A stretch of 64,000 nucleotides of DNA, from assembly GCF_009914755.1 (NCBI RefSeq), contig NC_060934.1; one strand, written 5' to 3'. How positions within the stretch are numbered: position 1 is the stretch's first letter; each line of letters starts with the position of its first letter. Source of the DNA: the human T2T-CHM13v2.0 reference genome, Homo sapiens. The notes below the pieces were generated by a model that saw only the letters and a program-made list of their open reading frames with translations, made no database searches and was not told the origin of the DNA. Made by a program: the position numbers and the translations under genes. Shown here one piece after another: positions 35,991 through 48,487 of this stretch.

Positions 35991-38859
35991 TACAATCTGA
36001 CACCTCTTTTTACAGATTGCCTTCAAGCGCTAAGTAAACATTTTGGAAATCACAGCCTCCTTCAGACATTGTTGTTTATACTTTCTCTTGTCCCTTCAAA
36101 GAGGTTTGCCGTTAACATCCAGCACAGAATCTGTCTTACATTAGTGATTTGTGTCATCTCCAAAATAACTTTATGCCTAACAGCATCACCTATATTGTTT
36201 GACAGCAGAAGTCAAACCATGAGAAAAATGGACCCATTCACTGCAGCTCCAATTGAAACATAGATAAAAGAATAAATATTTGCCAAATATAAAGGAGCCA
36301 AATTCAATAGGGAAAGGACCATTCTGTTTCAAATTCTGTGGGGATCTCAAACAATGTAGGAAGGGAAGAAAAAATAAAAATGTAATGGAGTATTTGACTT
36401 CATTACATTAATGCATCTTCACTGCATTCATTTAATCAGACAATTACAAGGGAAAAGATATAATAGTACCAGATTCACTCCACATGAATAAAAAGCAATT
36501 TTGGATTATCTTGCTATATTGACTTCTCATCACAAAGAGTTCAGTTTCTTTCTCTTGCATGTAGCTGGGGAAAATTATAATTGCTTTAACTGGTTTTGAT
36601 TGACCAACTGCTTTAACAGGACCATAAATATAGATGTCAGAACAGCAAACACTAAATGTTTATTTCTGTGATCCTTCTCTAGATATTGACAATCTGACCC
36701 ATGAACCCGCCAGCAGGTAATCTCATAGATCATTTTCTCTACGGGAGATTCTTGCAGTTGGACAGGTTTGTCAATACCTCTCGCAGAGGGTTTTGATCAA
36801 GGACTGCTTTGTAATTGTCTGGAAGATACATTAAACACCTCACTTTCCCCAGGGTTCTAAAGACAGAACAGTCACTTCAAGTGTAAATTGCTCACACCAA
36901 GATTTTTCTATCTGGCTATTTTAAAAAGCATGTTTCAGATCCTTGCTGCTTAAAAAATTTCACAACCATATAAATATGACTCTCATACATTTTTCTGAAG
37001 CTATTCCCTTGCTCATCAAATCAGAGCATTAAAAAAAATCTCTAGTTGACAAATCTTTTTAAATTTAAAGAATACGACTGCTTGTTGCTCTAGCCAACCA
37101 ACTCCCTCCTTAGAAATGCTGTTAGGTGTTCATATGTTTCTATTCATACTAACATGGATACACATTAATTGGTATCTATGGAGCATGCAAAACAAATAAT
37201 GGACAAAATCATCTGGGTAATTTATACCATTGACTCTCTTTTATCAAAAATACTTAGCAAAGTGGGGGAGATTTCATGGATGGTATGTGTGCAGCCTCAA
37301 ATGACAGTATGAGATAATTGAAAGGGAAAAAAAAATCAAGTAGGAAATAGAAGAAAAAAAGGAAACGTAGGAACATTGAGGGCAGACCTGCTACTTACAC
37401 AGATGAGAGGCAGAGGAAGGTCAGTGGCGTTGTCCTCCCCCTCTTTACACCCCTCTCCTGTCCCCACATTGATCCCAATTTGTATGGAAAGTCAGGATTT
37501 GACTACAACATCTGTTCAATTCCTTCTCTTCCCAAGACTTTTTTTTTTCAGTATTTTTTTTTTTTCTGATGTCACTGTTGCCAAAATCTCTTTTTGTCAG
37601 GTAGGCAGAAAAACAAAATGGAGAACATCTGTTCCTGAATTATTTTTCCCTGAGCAGGAGTTACTAGTAGGGGGGAATAATAGAACACTTTTAAATTATT
37701 AACAAGTTGGTGAAATTTCAAACACATTGGTAGGGTCTATGGTTGAGGGGTGGGAGTAGAGTGGGAATTACAGCATTTGTATAAAAAAAAGACTGCAAAG
37801 CGTACCCCTAGCCTGATCGAGACACTAATCAAAGTGGACTAGCTGATGCCTAGGTCATTAGGAAGAAATAACCCAGTGCACAATTAGATCAGCATAGTAA
37901 AGAGAAGAATTTGATCAATTTTAAAATGGGCATAACCACCCAATTGCATTGAGAAAATGTTAAGCTCTGCTACCTGAGAAGGCACCTGTGAATCCACTAT
38001 TCAGATGACAGCTGTTTTCTCTTTAGCTAAGATTTTATGCAGAACATCAGAAATTCACTGAGAGTCTCTGTAGCGTTAAGCTCAGAGGCATTCAGGGTAT
38101 AGTGGCCTTAAAATAGGGTCAGTATTAGTATTTATTGGCCAAGAAAGTTATTACAGATGATGAGGAGGAACCTCTTTCTAACAAGGCCTACTCCATATAC
38201 AGTACAGTTAAAACAGGATTCACATTTGAGAAGAACTCATCATGAAGAACAAATGAACATAAAGAAGACAAGAGATTTAACAGGGAGGGGATTTGGGAAT
38301 AAGAAGACTCCTGAAAACCATTCTCCACTTACTGTACTGATATTAAAAGTTGCAAATTTAAGAGGCAAAGGAGACAAAGTCAGTTCTTCCATATATTTCA
38401 TCCTCCTGCTCTAGGAACTGATAAAACAGCTCTTAAACACACAGGTGAAAGTGTGAATCTGAGACCTAATGAATACTGGAAATGTTCCCCAAAATTCACA
38501 ATTTGAGAACAAGTTGTCATGAATTAATTTTGTCTCATCACCCTATTCAAATGGATTATAAAATAAACTTAAATTGCAAGATTCCCGTGGGCAATCTTAT
38601 CACATCTTTGGGGTCCAGTCTGAAATGGGAGTTGTGGTATTTGTTATGGTTAGTAGAAGGAATTACATTTCATGTTAAAATATTCATACACCACCTCTCT
38701 TTATCCCATCTAGCTCTCATGTGAATACGGCGAGAGCTATGGCTAAATCTGTAATCACAGATGCACAATGACCAAAAAGTCACTCATCACATATTCCCTC
38801 TCCAAGCCCTTCCACAGAGGGGTATGTCTGCATACTGATAAGAGATTGGATTTCACAGA

Positions 38860-39410
38860 GACAAGTTAAGCTGGAGTCTCCTCTCTTCTAATTACTGATG
38901 ATGTGACCCCAGACAAGGTTACATCATACCCTGGAGCCTCGGCTTCCTCATCTATAAATTCAGGATAATAATATATGTACCCAGAGGAGTTGTGAGGATA
39001 AAATGATATAATGTAAAGTGGTTGGCCCAGTGTCTGGCGAGTATTCAATAAAAATTAGTTGCTGCCATTACGCCACAGTTTTGATCTGCTACCTGTAGAC
39101 TTTGATGATGCATTGTTTCTGTTTTCTTTAGACTAATTAACAATCTTAAACACTATTAAGCAAGTGTCCAGGTGGCATTGTGTCTCTCATATGTTAACAG
39201 TAAGAGAAAAGCAAAATTGTGTACATGCTTTAGTATTTCCAAAGCTCTTATGCTTATCGTCTCCTTTGATCTCTACAACATTTTGTGAAGCAAGGTGAAT
39301 ATTCTTATCCTCATTCTGCAGGTGAATACATTGATTTACAGGGCAAAGGGACTTGACCTATTGTGTTCTTTATGGTAGATTCAGGTTATGTCCTCAGATC
39401 TTTTCACTTT
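38860..39410. mobile_element. Two MIRs (+ 38860-39070; - 39200-39410)
   Basis: gagcctcggcttcctcatctataaa core, and a reverse MIR 3' half. Confidence 0.7.
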
Positions 39411-40039
39411 CGTGTAGAATAAACAAAAGAAATCTAGTTATCTCTGGCCAGCCTTGAAGTAGGCTTCTATTCAGCCAAGTATTCTGGCTGAATGTGTATA
39501 TTTTTCCCAGGTTGATGTTAATCCTATCCTGGACTCAGCTGGTTTATGAAGATCCTGGACCAACCCTTTAATCTGCACTCCAGGTATATCCTAGAAAACA
39601 AGACTTCATATTCTTCAATGTAATTTTCATTATAAGGTCAGTTGGAAGAAACCATATCTGAAAAATAATTTTCCATTCCTCTATGATCTAAATATTATTA
39701 TTAGATGAAATGAAATTATCAAAGAGAGAGATTCATAAAGATGTGCTTCTTGGCTGCTTGTGAAATTGGTTTTATTCAGTGGTCGTCAGTCATTTCCTTC
39801 AATTTAATTGATTCATGTAAAAATAAAAATAATTTTAAGGAACAAATGTGTGATTATTACATCAATAGGATAATATTGTCTATTAAGCTAATTCTACCAA
39901 TGTTTGAGTGACTACATTTGGCCATGGTTTAGGTTCTAGGGATGCAGTAGTGAACAGGGCACAGTCCCCATTTCAGACAGGTAAACAGGAAAATGCTTCA
40001 TAGGGTGGTACATGCACCACAGTGAGTGAAAGCACTTAA

Positions 40040-40670
40040 GAGGTTTGGGAGTTCCCAAAGTTTGGGAGTCCCCAAAACTGCCCTCCCTTCTGACACCAAT
40101 TGCAAGTTTAGGGGACTCCAAGAGCACCTCAGGATCAAAAACTTGCTAGAAGTACTCACAAAACTCACAGAAAGCTGTTTTACTCATAATTATGACTTAT
40201 CATAGCAAAGGGATACAGATGAAAATCAGCCAAGTGAAGCAGTGCATGGGGCAAGGTTCAGGAGAATTCTGAATGCCAGCTACCAATTGTTCCTGCCCCC
40301 CAACAGTGGAATCACAGACATTGCAAACTTCTCCCAGTAGCAATGTGTGACCATACATGTGGAGTATTAGTGTCCTCAAAAAAGTTCACCTTAGCCATGA
40401 TGTGCAGAGTTTTTATTGGGGCTCAGTTACATAGATATGGTTGACCATACATGTTCCTGACCTTAGTATTCATCCTCTATGGAGGTCAAGCCTATGCACC
40501 CCATGATGATCCAAACCCCTCATTGTAAATTGCACTGTTAACTTACACTATCAAGTGTGGCCCAAGTAAACAAAGACAGTCTCATCAGGGATGACTTTTC
40601 AAGGGCTTAGAGATTACCTCAAGGTATCAGGACAAAAATCGGGATTAAGCAATACTAATTCTTCTCCAAA
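40040..40670. mobile_element. MER21-type LTR inserted in L2
   Basis: ttgctagaagtactcacaaaactcacagaaagctgttttactc...gggatacagatgaaaatcagcc. L2 sequence on both flanks. Confidence 0.75.
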
Positions 40671-40939
40671 CAATCACCACACCAATTTATAGTGCCAAAG
40701 AAGACTTCTTAGAGTGAAAAATGTGTAAATGGAGATCTGGAGGACAAGCAGGAGTTAGTCAACAAATTCTAGTCAAAAGGAACAGTGTATACAAAAGCTC
40801 TGATTATTATCTAAGGAAAAGCTTAGATTATTTGTGGTACTTCAGAATGTCTGGAGCAGAAAATATGAGAGAGCAAGTAGTCAAAGATGATCCTGGAGAA
40901 GACAGCTGGGGACAGGTCTCGTGATGCTTCAGCAGCTGT

Positions 40940-41443
40940 CATGTGTTGCTGCCAGCTTGATATAAGTTCAACAGAGTCAGTTGCTAAATAGGAATTTTTC
41001 AAGCTATGGTTCAACAGCTATTATTAAAAATTAAGTTGCTGGGTGTGGTGATGCCCCTGTAGTCCCAGATACTTGGGAGGCTGAGACATGAGTATTGCTT
41101 GGGCCCAGAGTTCAAGGCCAGCCTTGTGCAACATAGTGAAATCTCATCTCTCTCTCTCTCTAAAAAATATTTAATTATATAAACTTATGACTAAGTAAAT
41201 CATATTTTTGAAAATCTTTAAAACTTATCACTTCCTAACTACTAACTTTACTATTATCTAGGTTCTTGAAGTTATTTATATCTATTATATCTGTATGGTG
41301 GAAATTATTTCCAGTCCACGTTTGGTAGCTTCAAGTTGTCCATGGTAGGATTACTTATACTTCAGTAACTGGCAAGTGCTACAAGTCAGGGCCCCTGTCT
41401 GTTTCCAAGAACTGATGGTTAAACATTTACCAGCACAACACCT
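40940..41443 (+). mobile_element. MER63-type hAT-Blackjack element with a FLAM inserted
   Basis: tctgtatggtggaaat...ttggtagctt...gttaaacatttaccagcacaacac terminus. Confidence 0.8.
41038..41167 (+). mobile_element. FLAM (free left Alu monomer)
   Basis: Single monomer ending in tctctc plus an A tail. Confidence 0.8.
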
Positions 41444-41492
41444 CTCAGAAGCAATATTTCTCTATTGTTTTTGAAGACAAAAAAAGATAGCT

Positions 41493-41840
<348 letters not shown>

Positions 41841-42437
41841 TTAGGTTTCTAGTGGAGGATGGATTTACTGGACACGATTGGATGCAAGGAGTCTAGCTGG
41901 AAAGTTGTGAAGCATTCTTCCCTCATGAGGACACATGGGCAAAATCTGTCTCCAATCCCAATACCAGGGACAGCTACATCTCACTAGAATATCTGGCTTT
42001 TCATCTTATGCATGCTATAAATCTCACAACTGGTCATTTTTTCTTCCTCCCACTTGGAAGTATGAAACTAAATTTGGGGTCCTCTACTAACAATTTATGC
42101 TATCATGTTTTATGCTCTTTCATTTTCTCATCCTTATTTTTCCCTTTGTTACAATGTTGTAATTTTTTAAATTTATCCAACTGTATTGTATGTACTTCTA
42201 ACACAAGATAGGCAAAGTCTAAATGGATAAAGATTTAAAAGGCAGCCTGTGTCCCCCTAGGTTCACATTTATAAAAAAGAAACATCAGTAACAACCCACA
42301 ACTTTTTGTTGTTGTTGAGTGATCTTCTTTCACTGATTTTAGCTTGGGCTTGAGTTTGTCTACATAAACAGGGAAAAGAGAGGATATTTTCCTTCCCTAT
42401 TAAATCTGAAAGGGTTTCATTTAAAAAGTGAACCACA

Positions 42438-42648
42438 GGCAGGGCATGATGGCTCATACCTGTAATCTCAGAGGTTTGCAAAGCCAAGGTGGGAAGATTG
42501 CTTGAGGCCAGGAGTTTGACACCAGCCTGGGCAACACAGTGAGACCCCACCTCTACAAAAAATAAAAACATTAGCCAGGCATTGTGTGGCATGCACCTGT
42601 AGTCCCAGCTACTGGGGAGGCTGAGGTGGGAGGATCTCTTGAGACAGG
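42438..42648 (+). mobile_element. AluJ, 3'-truncated
   Basis: Left arm, linker and partial right arm. No tail. Confidence 0.9.
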
Positions 42649-43403
42649 TGTCTTTAGGGTCAGCTGGGAAGGAAACACATTGCCCTATTTTCTACCATGA
42701 TGACATTTTACATTTGTTTTACGTTTATCCTTTCATCCAATCTACTAATCACAACAATTCGCTCGGTAGATATCTTTAATCCTGCTTTAGAGAGGACAAA
42801 GTAAGGATTTGGAGAGGCTAAAGAACTTATCCAAGTAGCAGAGACTGGATGTGTGTTCACACCATCTGCCTCCAGCCTATCCTTGTTTCCTTCATCAGTA
42901 AATCCTCTACACAGAGTTCAAGTTCAGCTTTGAACCACTAAGAGGAGGAAGGGGGAAGGGAGAGAGCTGTGATTGTCTGCAAAGCTAAGCAGAATAGGTA
43001 TTTCAAAGCTGTGCATGTGAGACACCAACAAATCTTGGATGTAAAGACCCATCATACTAAATTGTATTTTGGAGAAACCTCAAGAACTTTTCTCCTGTCT
43101 TCATTATCACTTGGTTTCTGAGAAACTAAAATAATCATGGTAATAGTTATAATAATGATCGAGGCCTTTACTTGAATTGTTAATTAATTCTCACCCCAAC
43201 CCCATGACTGTGTTGTAGGTACTGACATTATCCCCATTTTATAGTTGACGAAACTGAAAGAGAGCAAGTTAGGTATCTTGTACAGGATGAATAGTTAATA
43301 TGTGCTGAAGCCCAGGGATACCAAATCCCCAGAGCCATCTTGCAAAATCGATTATGTGTCAAGGCATTGGGATGATCTACGGACTTAAAAGCCACAGAAG
43401 GTA

Positions 43404-43698
43404 GGCCAGGCGCGGTGGCTCACGCCTGTAATCCGAGCACTTTGGGAGGCCGAGGTGGACTGATTATGAGGTCAGGAGATTGAGACCATCATGGCCAACA
43501 TGGTGAAACCTCATCTCTACTAAAAATACAGAAAAATTAGCTGGGCATGATGGCACACAACTGTAATCCCAGCTACTTGGGAGGCTGAGGCAGGAGAATT
43601 GCTTGAACCTGGGAGACGGAGGTTTCAGTGAGCCAAGATCACGCCACTGCACTCCAGGCTGGGTGACAGAGTGAGACTCCGTCAAAAAAAAAAAAAAA
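43404..43698 (+). mobile_element. AluS-type SINE
   Basis: Full dimer with A tail. Degenerate TSD aaaagccacagaaggta/aaaagcacagtagtta. Confidence 0.95.
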
Positions 43699-46146
43699 GC
43701 ACAGTAGTTAAAATGTATATTTTCTTATGATTGTATTCTAAGGAATATTCTGCATATATATAATATCTGCCATCTAGAGCACATTCACATAGAAATTATA
43801 GCATTAAATCTCGTTATTCTCAAGAAAATAATTCCAAGTATTAGAATTCAGAAAGAGGATGGTGTCTCCCTTTAATCTTAACCCCACTGGCCCCAACGAG
43901 GTACTAAGGTGTTAAACACAATGTCTAAAATGATCTGTTTGTGTTGGGAGTGAGGAACCACACAAGCAGGTGTGGAGAAGGGCAGGGGGTCAGATGAGAC
44001 TGATGTATTCAGTTTGCTGCACAGACTCTTGGAAAGATCTGATCTTTTATTGTAATTCCAAAACTGTTGTAAAGAGTTTCACTTGCATCCTGTAAATTAA
44101 GCATTTCCATAAAACTTAAATTTTTTCTTTGCTCCTGACTCCCAACTATAATTAGAATAAGCACAGACAAAAAAAAAAAAAAAAGAGATAGTCACATACT
44201 TAACACATATATATTTATTGAATTTATAAACTAATTGTGGGCAACAGAAACATTTTATCTTTCTTTTTGTTGCAGTCTGGGCAGCTCACATTTAAACAAC
44301 AAAGTCATAGATGGTACCTGAAAAAGTGGGGGTTCCGAAACTGCTTCAATGTGCTCCAAAAGATAAAGCCACCAGTCCCCTCTGATTCTTCCTGATCAAT
44401 GACCCTTAACAGTTATTCTCCTTGTTGACATATGGCTTTTAATATATCATACCCTCTTAGATAAAGAACAGTGATGCTTTGGTTCTGCACTATAATGGAT
44501 AATGTGGGGCTTTATTTGAGGTTTATTTTGAATAAAGAGATTTTTCATCCTATAATTGGGGATTAAAGACAATAGTGATATTGTCAGAAACTTCTCTGAC
44601 ATTATGATGTCTATTTGCCAAGGTCCTAAAACACAAAACACTTTCTCCCTTGTGGTGTACTTTGCAGATAGGTAACTTTAAAAAATAACAGCAACGAAAC
44701 TCAACAACCCTTTCTGCAGGTGCCATGCAATAGAAAGAACTCAATTAACTCCATTCATAAATGCACTCTGCATTGTGAGAGAACTAGGAGAATGTTGTCT
44801 CCCAGGTTCTAAACCCCATGCCAGCTGCTTCTTCCAGGCCTCCCTAATTAATACCCTGGACTTGGTCACAATCTTCTCACTACTACAGGCCCTCATTTTT
44901 TTCTATTTCCTGTGTCCTCTCTGAATCTCACTGCTCAGTACTCTGTCTGTGATCTCCTTTAAAGGCACATTTAACCATGTCTTTCCTCTCCACAAAGCTC
45001 TTTAATTACTTGGTTGCCTGCAATTTAAAGTCTTACCTTCTTAGCCTGGCACATAAGACCTTCCAGGGAATGACCTTTGCCCATCCTGTAACTTTTCTCC
45101 AGGTGTTAGGTCTAATCATTACAGCTAGACCCACCTACTATACATATGTGAGTTAATTTTTACAAAAATCCTATGAGATTGAAAACATAATCCTCATTTA
45201 TAAATGGGGATAGTGAACTTCAGAAAGATGAAATAAATTGGCCAAATAATGGCACTGGGATTCAACATTTCATGGCATCAACATTTTTTGACCAGTTTTT
45301 CCCACTATCTCATAGTTTTTGTCCTTTGAAACTACATAATGTGGCTAACAAATTCAGTTTAAGAAAACGATGCCTCCCTCTGTGCTTCCACCATATTTTG
45401 GTTCGTCTTTACACAAAAATTGAGGCATCCCATAGAGCCCTGGAACATGGACTCAGAAAGGATTTGGAGCCAGGAAAAGGCAAGGCCCCAGAACTTCAGG
45501 AAGACACACTTTTAGTTTCCCATTCCTGCTTTCCACTCCATCCCTTCTCCCCCTGCAGACTGGATTTCTCACTATGTCAGCAGACAGCCTCCTCACAACT
45601 CCTGAGGTCAAGAGAGAAGCCTGCACTTGAATAGAATTTTAATTGTGATTCCAGCTCACCAGGAAGAGGAACCTGATTGGCTCAGCTTGGATCAAGTGAC
45701 CACAATGTTTAATCAAGTGCAAGCCATAATCATGGTTGCCTAGGGACCACCTTTATGAGTGATAAAAAATGACCACAAAAAACTTAAACATTAAAAAATT
45801 TTTTATTAGTCAATAAAATATAATCACTGGATTTTGTTCAGATTAGGGTCCATGTTTTTAGTCTGGTTAATTCTTAATTTTTTTTTCTTGTTGGGTGTTA
45901 TTTCAAATTACCTATGTGCAGATATGCAGTCAAGGAAATGTTGTTAATGATAAATATAAAAAACAGCTTTTCTCCCAATGCCTAGAACTGCCATCGTTCA
46001 GTAAAGTGACAGCATGCTTGTCTCCCCCTCACATCCATTTTCTTAGGAAAAGAGTAACTCTTCTAACTCCTTGCAGAAAATTTTACACTTTGATGAGAAT
46101 GAGAGTAATGCCTTCCTTGAAAACAAGTTTAAAGAAGGTGAAATGA

Positions 46147-46440
46147 GGCCGGACACAGTGGCTCACACCTGTAATCCCGGCACTTTGGGAGGCTGAAGCA
46201 GGTGGATCACTTGAGGTCAGGAGTTCGAGACCAGTCTAGACAACATGGTGAAACCCCGCCTCTACTAAAAATACAAAAATTAGCCAGGCATGGTGGCAGT
46301 TGCCTGTAATCCCAGCTACTGGGGAGGCTGAGGCAGGATAATCACTTGAATCTGGGAGGCGGAGGTTGCAGTGAGCCGAGATCATACCATTTTACTCCAG
46401 CCTGGGAGACAGAGTGATACTCTGTCTCAAAATAAAATAA
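46147..46440 (+). mobile_element. AluSx-type SINE
   Basis: Full dimer. TSD core gtgaaatg on both sides. Confidence 0.95.
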
Positions 46441-47159
46441 CGTGAAATGTTGCATGAAGTCACTTGTACCTACCGGGAATGAGAAGGACACTCCACCAGA
46501 GGCCAAGGATCCGAGCTGCAGGCTGTACTTTTCACAGCTGTGTCCAGATGTAGAACCACACAGGCAGGTTACGTGGTTGGTGAAGACACATGCTTTGATC
46601 ATGCCAAAGCCTGTAGCAGTTTGTAGGCAAAGAAGTGCTGTGAAAGCTGTGTCCTCCTGGTTTTTTCCTGGAAATAGCTCAGGGACAATGGAAGCTGCAA
46701 ATTAATAGCCACACCTGCTTGACAGCAGCTGTGGTCTCCTGTGGGCTATAGGTTCTTAATGACTCCGCTAGTGAGGTAAGCATAGGGAATACAGTCCAGC
46801 ATGAATGCAGAATCGTAAATGATACAGACTCAGACATATTATAGTTACATCTACATGAAAGCAAGTTATTTCTTTTTTCTGGGTCTCAGTTTCTTCATCT
46901 GTAATATGGGGAGAATAAATATCTTCCTTACAAATTTAAGTAATAACTGAGCAAAAAAATACATGTATGGTGTATATTACATTTCAATGGATACAGCAGG
47001 CACATAATAAGTGGTAGCAATGAAGCTATTTGCTTTGCTCTACCTTGGTCATGAATAACATGAATAATTGGTAAAGCCTCAGAAGAAGATGCTTATCAAT
47101 GCTTTTGTGATTGCTCTCATCCCTATTTTCACTGGAAATAAAATAGCCCACATCGGTGA

Positions 47160-47483
<324 letters not shown>

Positions 47484-47525
47484 AACAGTCATTCTTTACT
47501 ATTCTTATTTGTGAACACTCACCTT

Positions 47526-47545
47526 GTGCTGCCATCTGGAGGCCA
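47526..47545 (-). promoter_or_regulatory. Candidate CTCF site TGGCCTCCAGATGGCAGCAC
   Basis: 13/14 match to the core CCASYAGRKGGCRS, with matching flanks. Motif only; no binding data. Confidence 0.6.
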
Positions 47546-48487
47546 GGCTGGTAGAGAAGGGACTGGGTCCAATTTCAGGTCTACCGCTAAACTCAGCAGC
47601 TGTGTAAGCTCTGAAAAATGGCTTAACTTATCTGTGCCTCAGGCTCTTCATCAAACATCTGGCTTTTATCACAGGTTTGTTACAACCAGTAGAAACCACA
47701 GCTGGAAAAGTACTTTGGGGATGTGACTACAAGATACACAGCAGTAAACACGCTGCTGAGATATTCACCCAGACTCCCCATAAACAGAGAATGCTCTGGG
47801 AGAAGTTCAGAAGGAAAAACCCCGATTTCTGCAAGAAATCTAGCTGTCTTCTATGGGCTAAATCTACAGATTTACTCTTATTGGAGTTAATTCCATTTTC
47901 CCAGGAATAGGAGTAAAAACAATTTCATCAGGATCCTTAACTATAATTCTTCAAACATAACTGGTGCTTGTCAGCTAGTCATTGCTTAGTTGCTTGAATG
48001 TGCATGTTCACAGATACTAGTATTCCCGATTTAAATTTCCTCTCCTAGGCATCAACTACAAATTTTCTCCTCATTGCTCCTCAAGAGGGTGCATTTCCTC
48101 ATGGAATTCAAGGCCACTATATTAATGGAACTCCAGGGGAAGGGATGGAGGGGTCACAGTCCTCCCCCTGCCTGTGGTCCTTTCGTCTCATTTTTTTTTT
48201 TAGAGCACATGAAGTTGGGCTGACACTGCTTTTGCTTCAGAATACACCCTTTAGCATTGTCATCATCACCATCCTTATAAAGTATCAATAAGTAGGAAAT
48301 ACTCTTCAAATCTTTGGTGAAAGTGGTCATATTTATTTTTCAACAAAAATGTTTGAGTTCTATATATCAGAATAGCATGACGTTTTCTATCTCTTGATTT
48401 GATTCTCCATTCTTTGAATTTTCCAAAAACCAAAAATTAGGTTCTAGGAGCACAAAAGAATATGAAAGTCATTCAGGCATACACACA

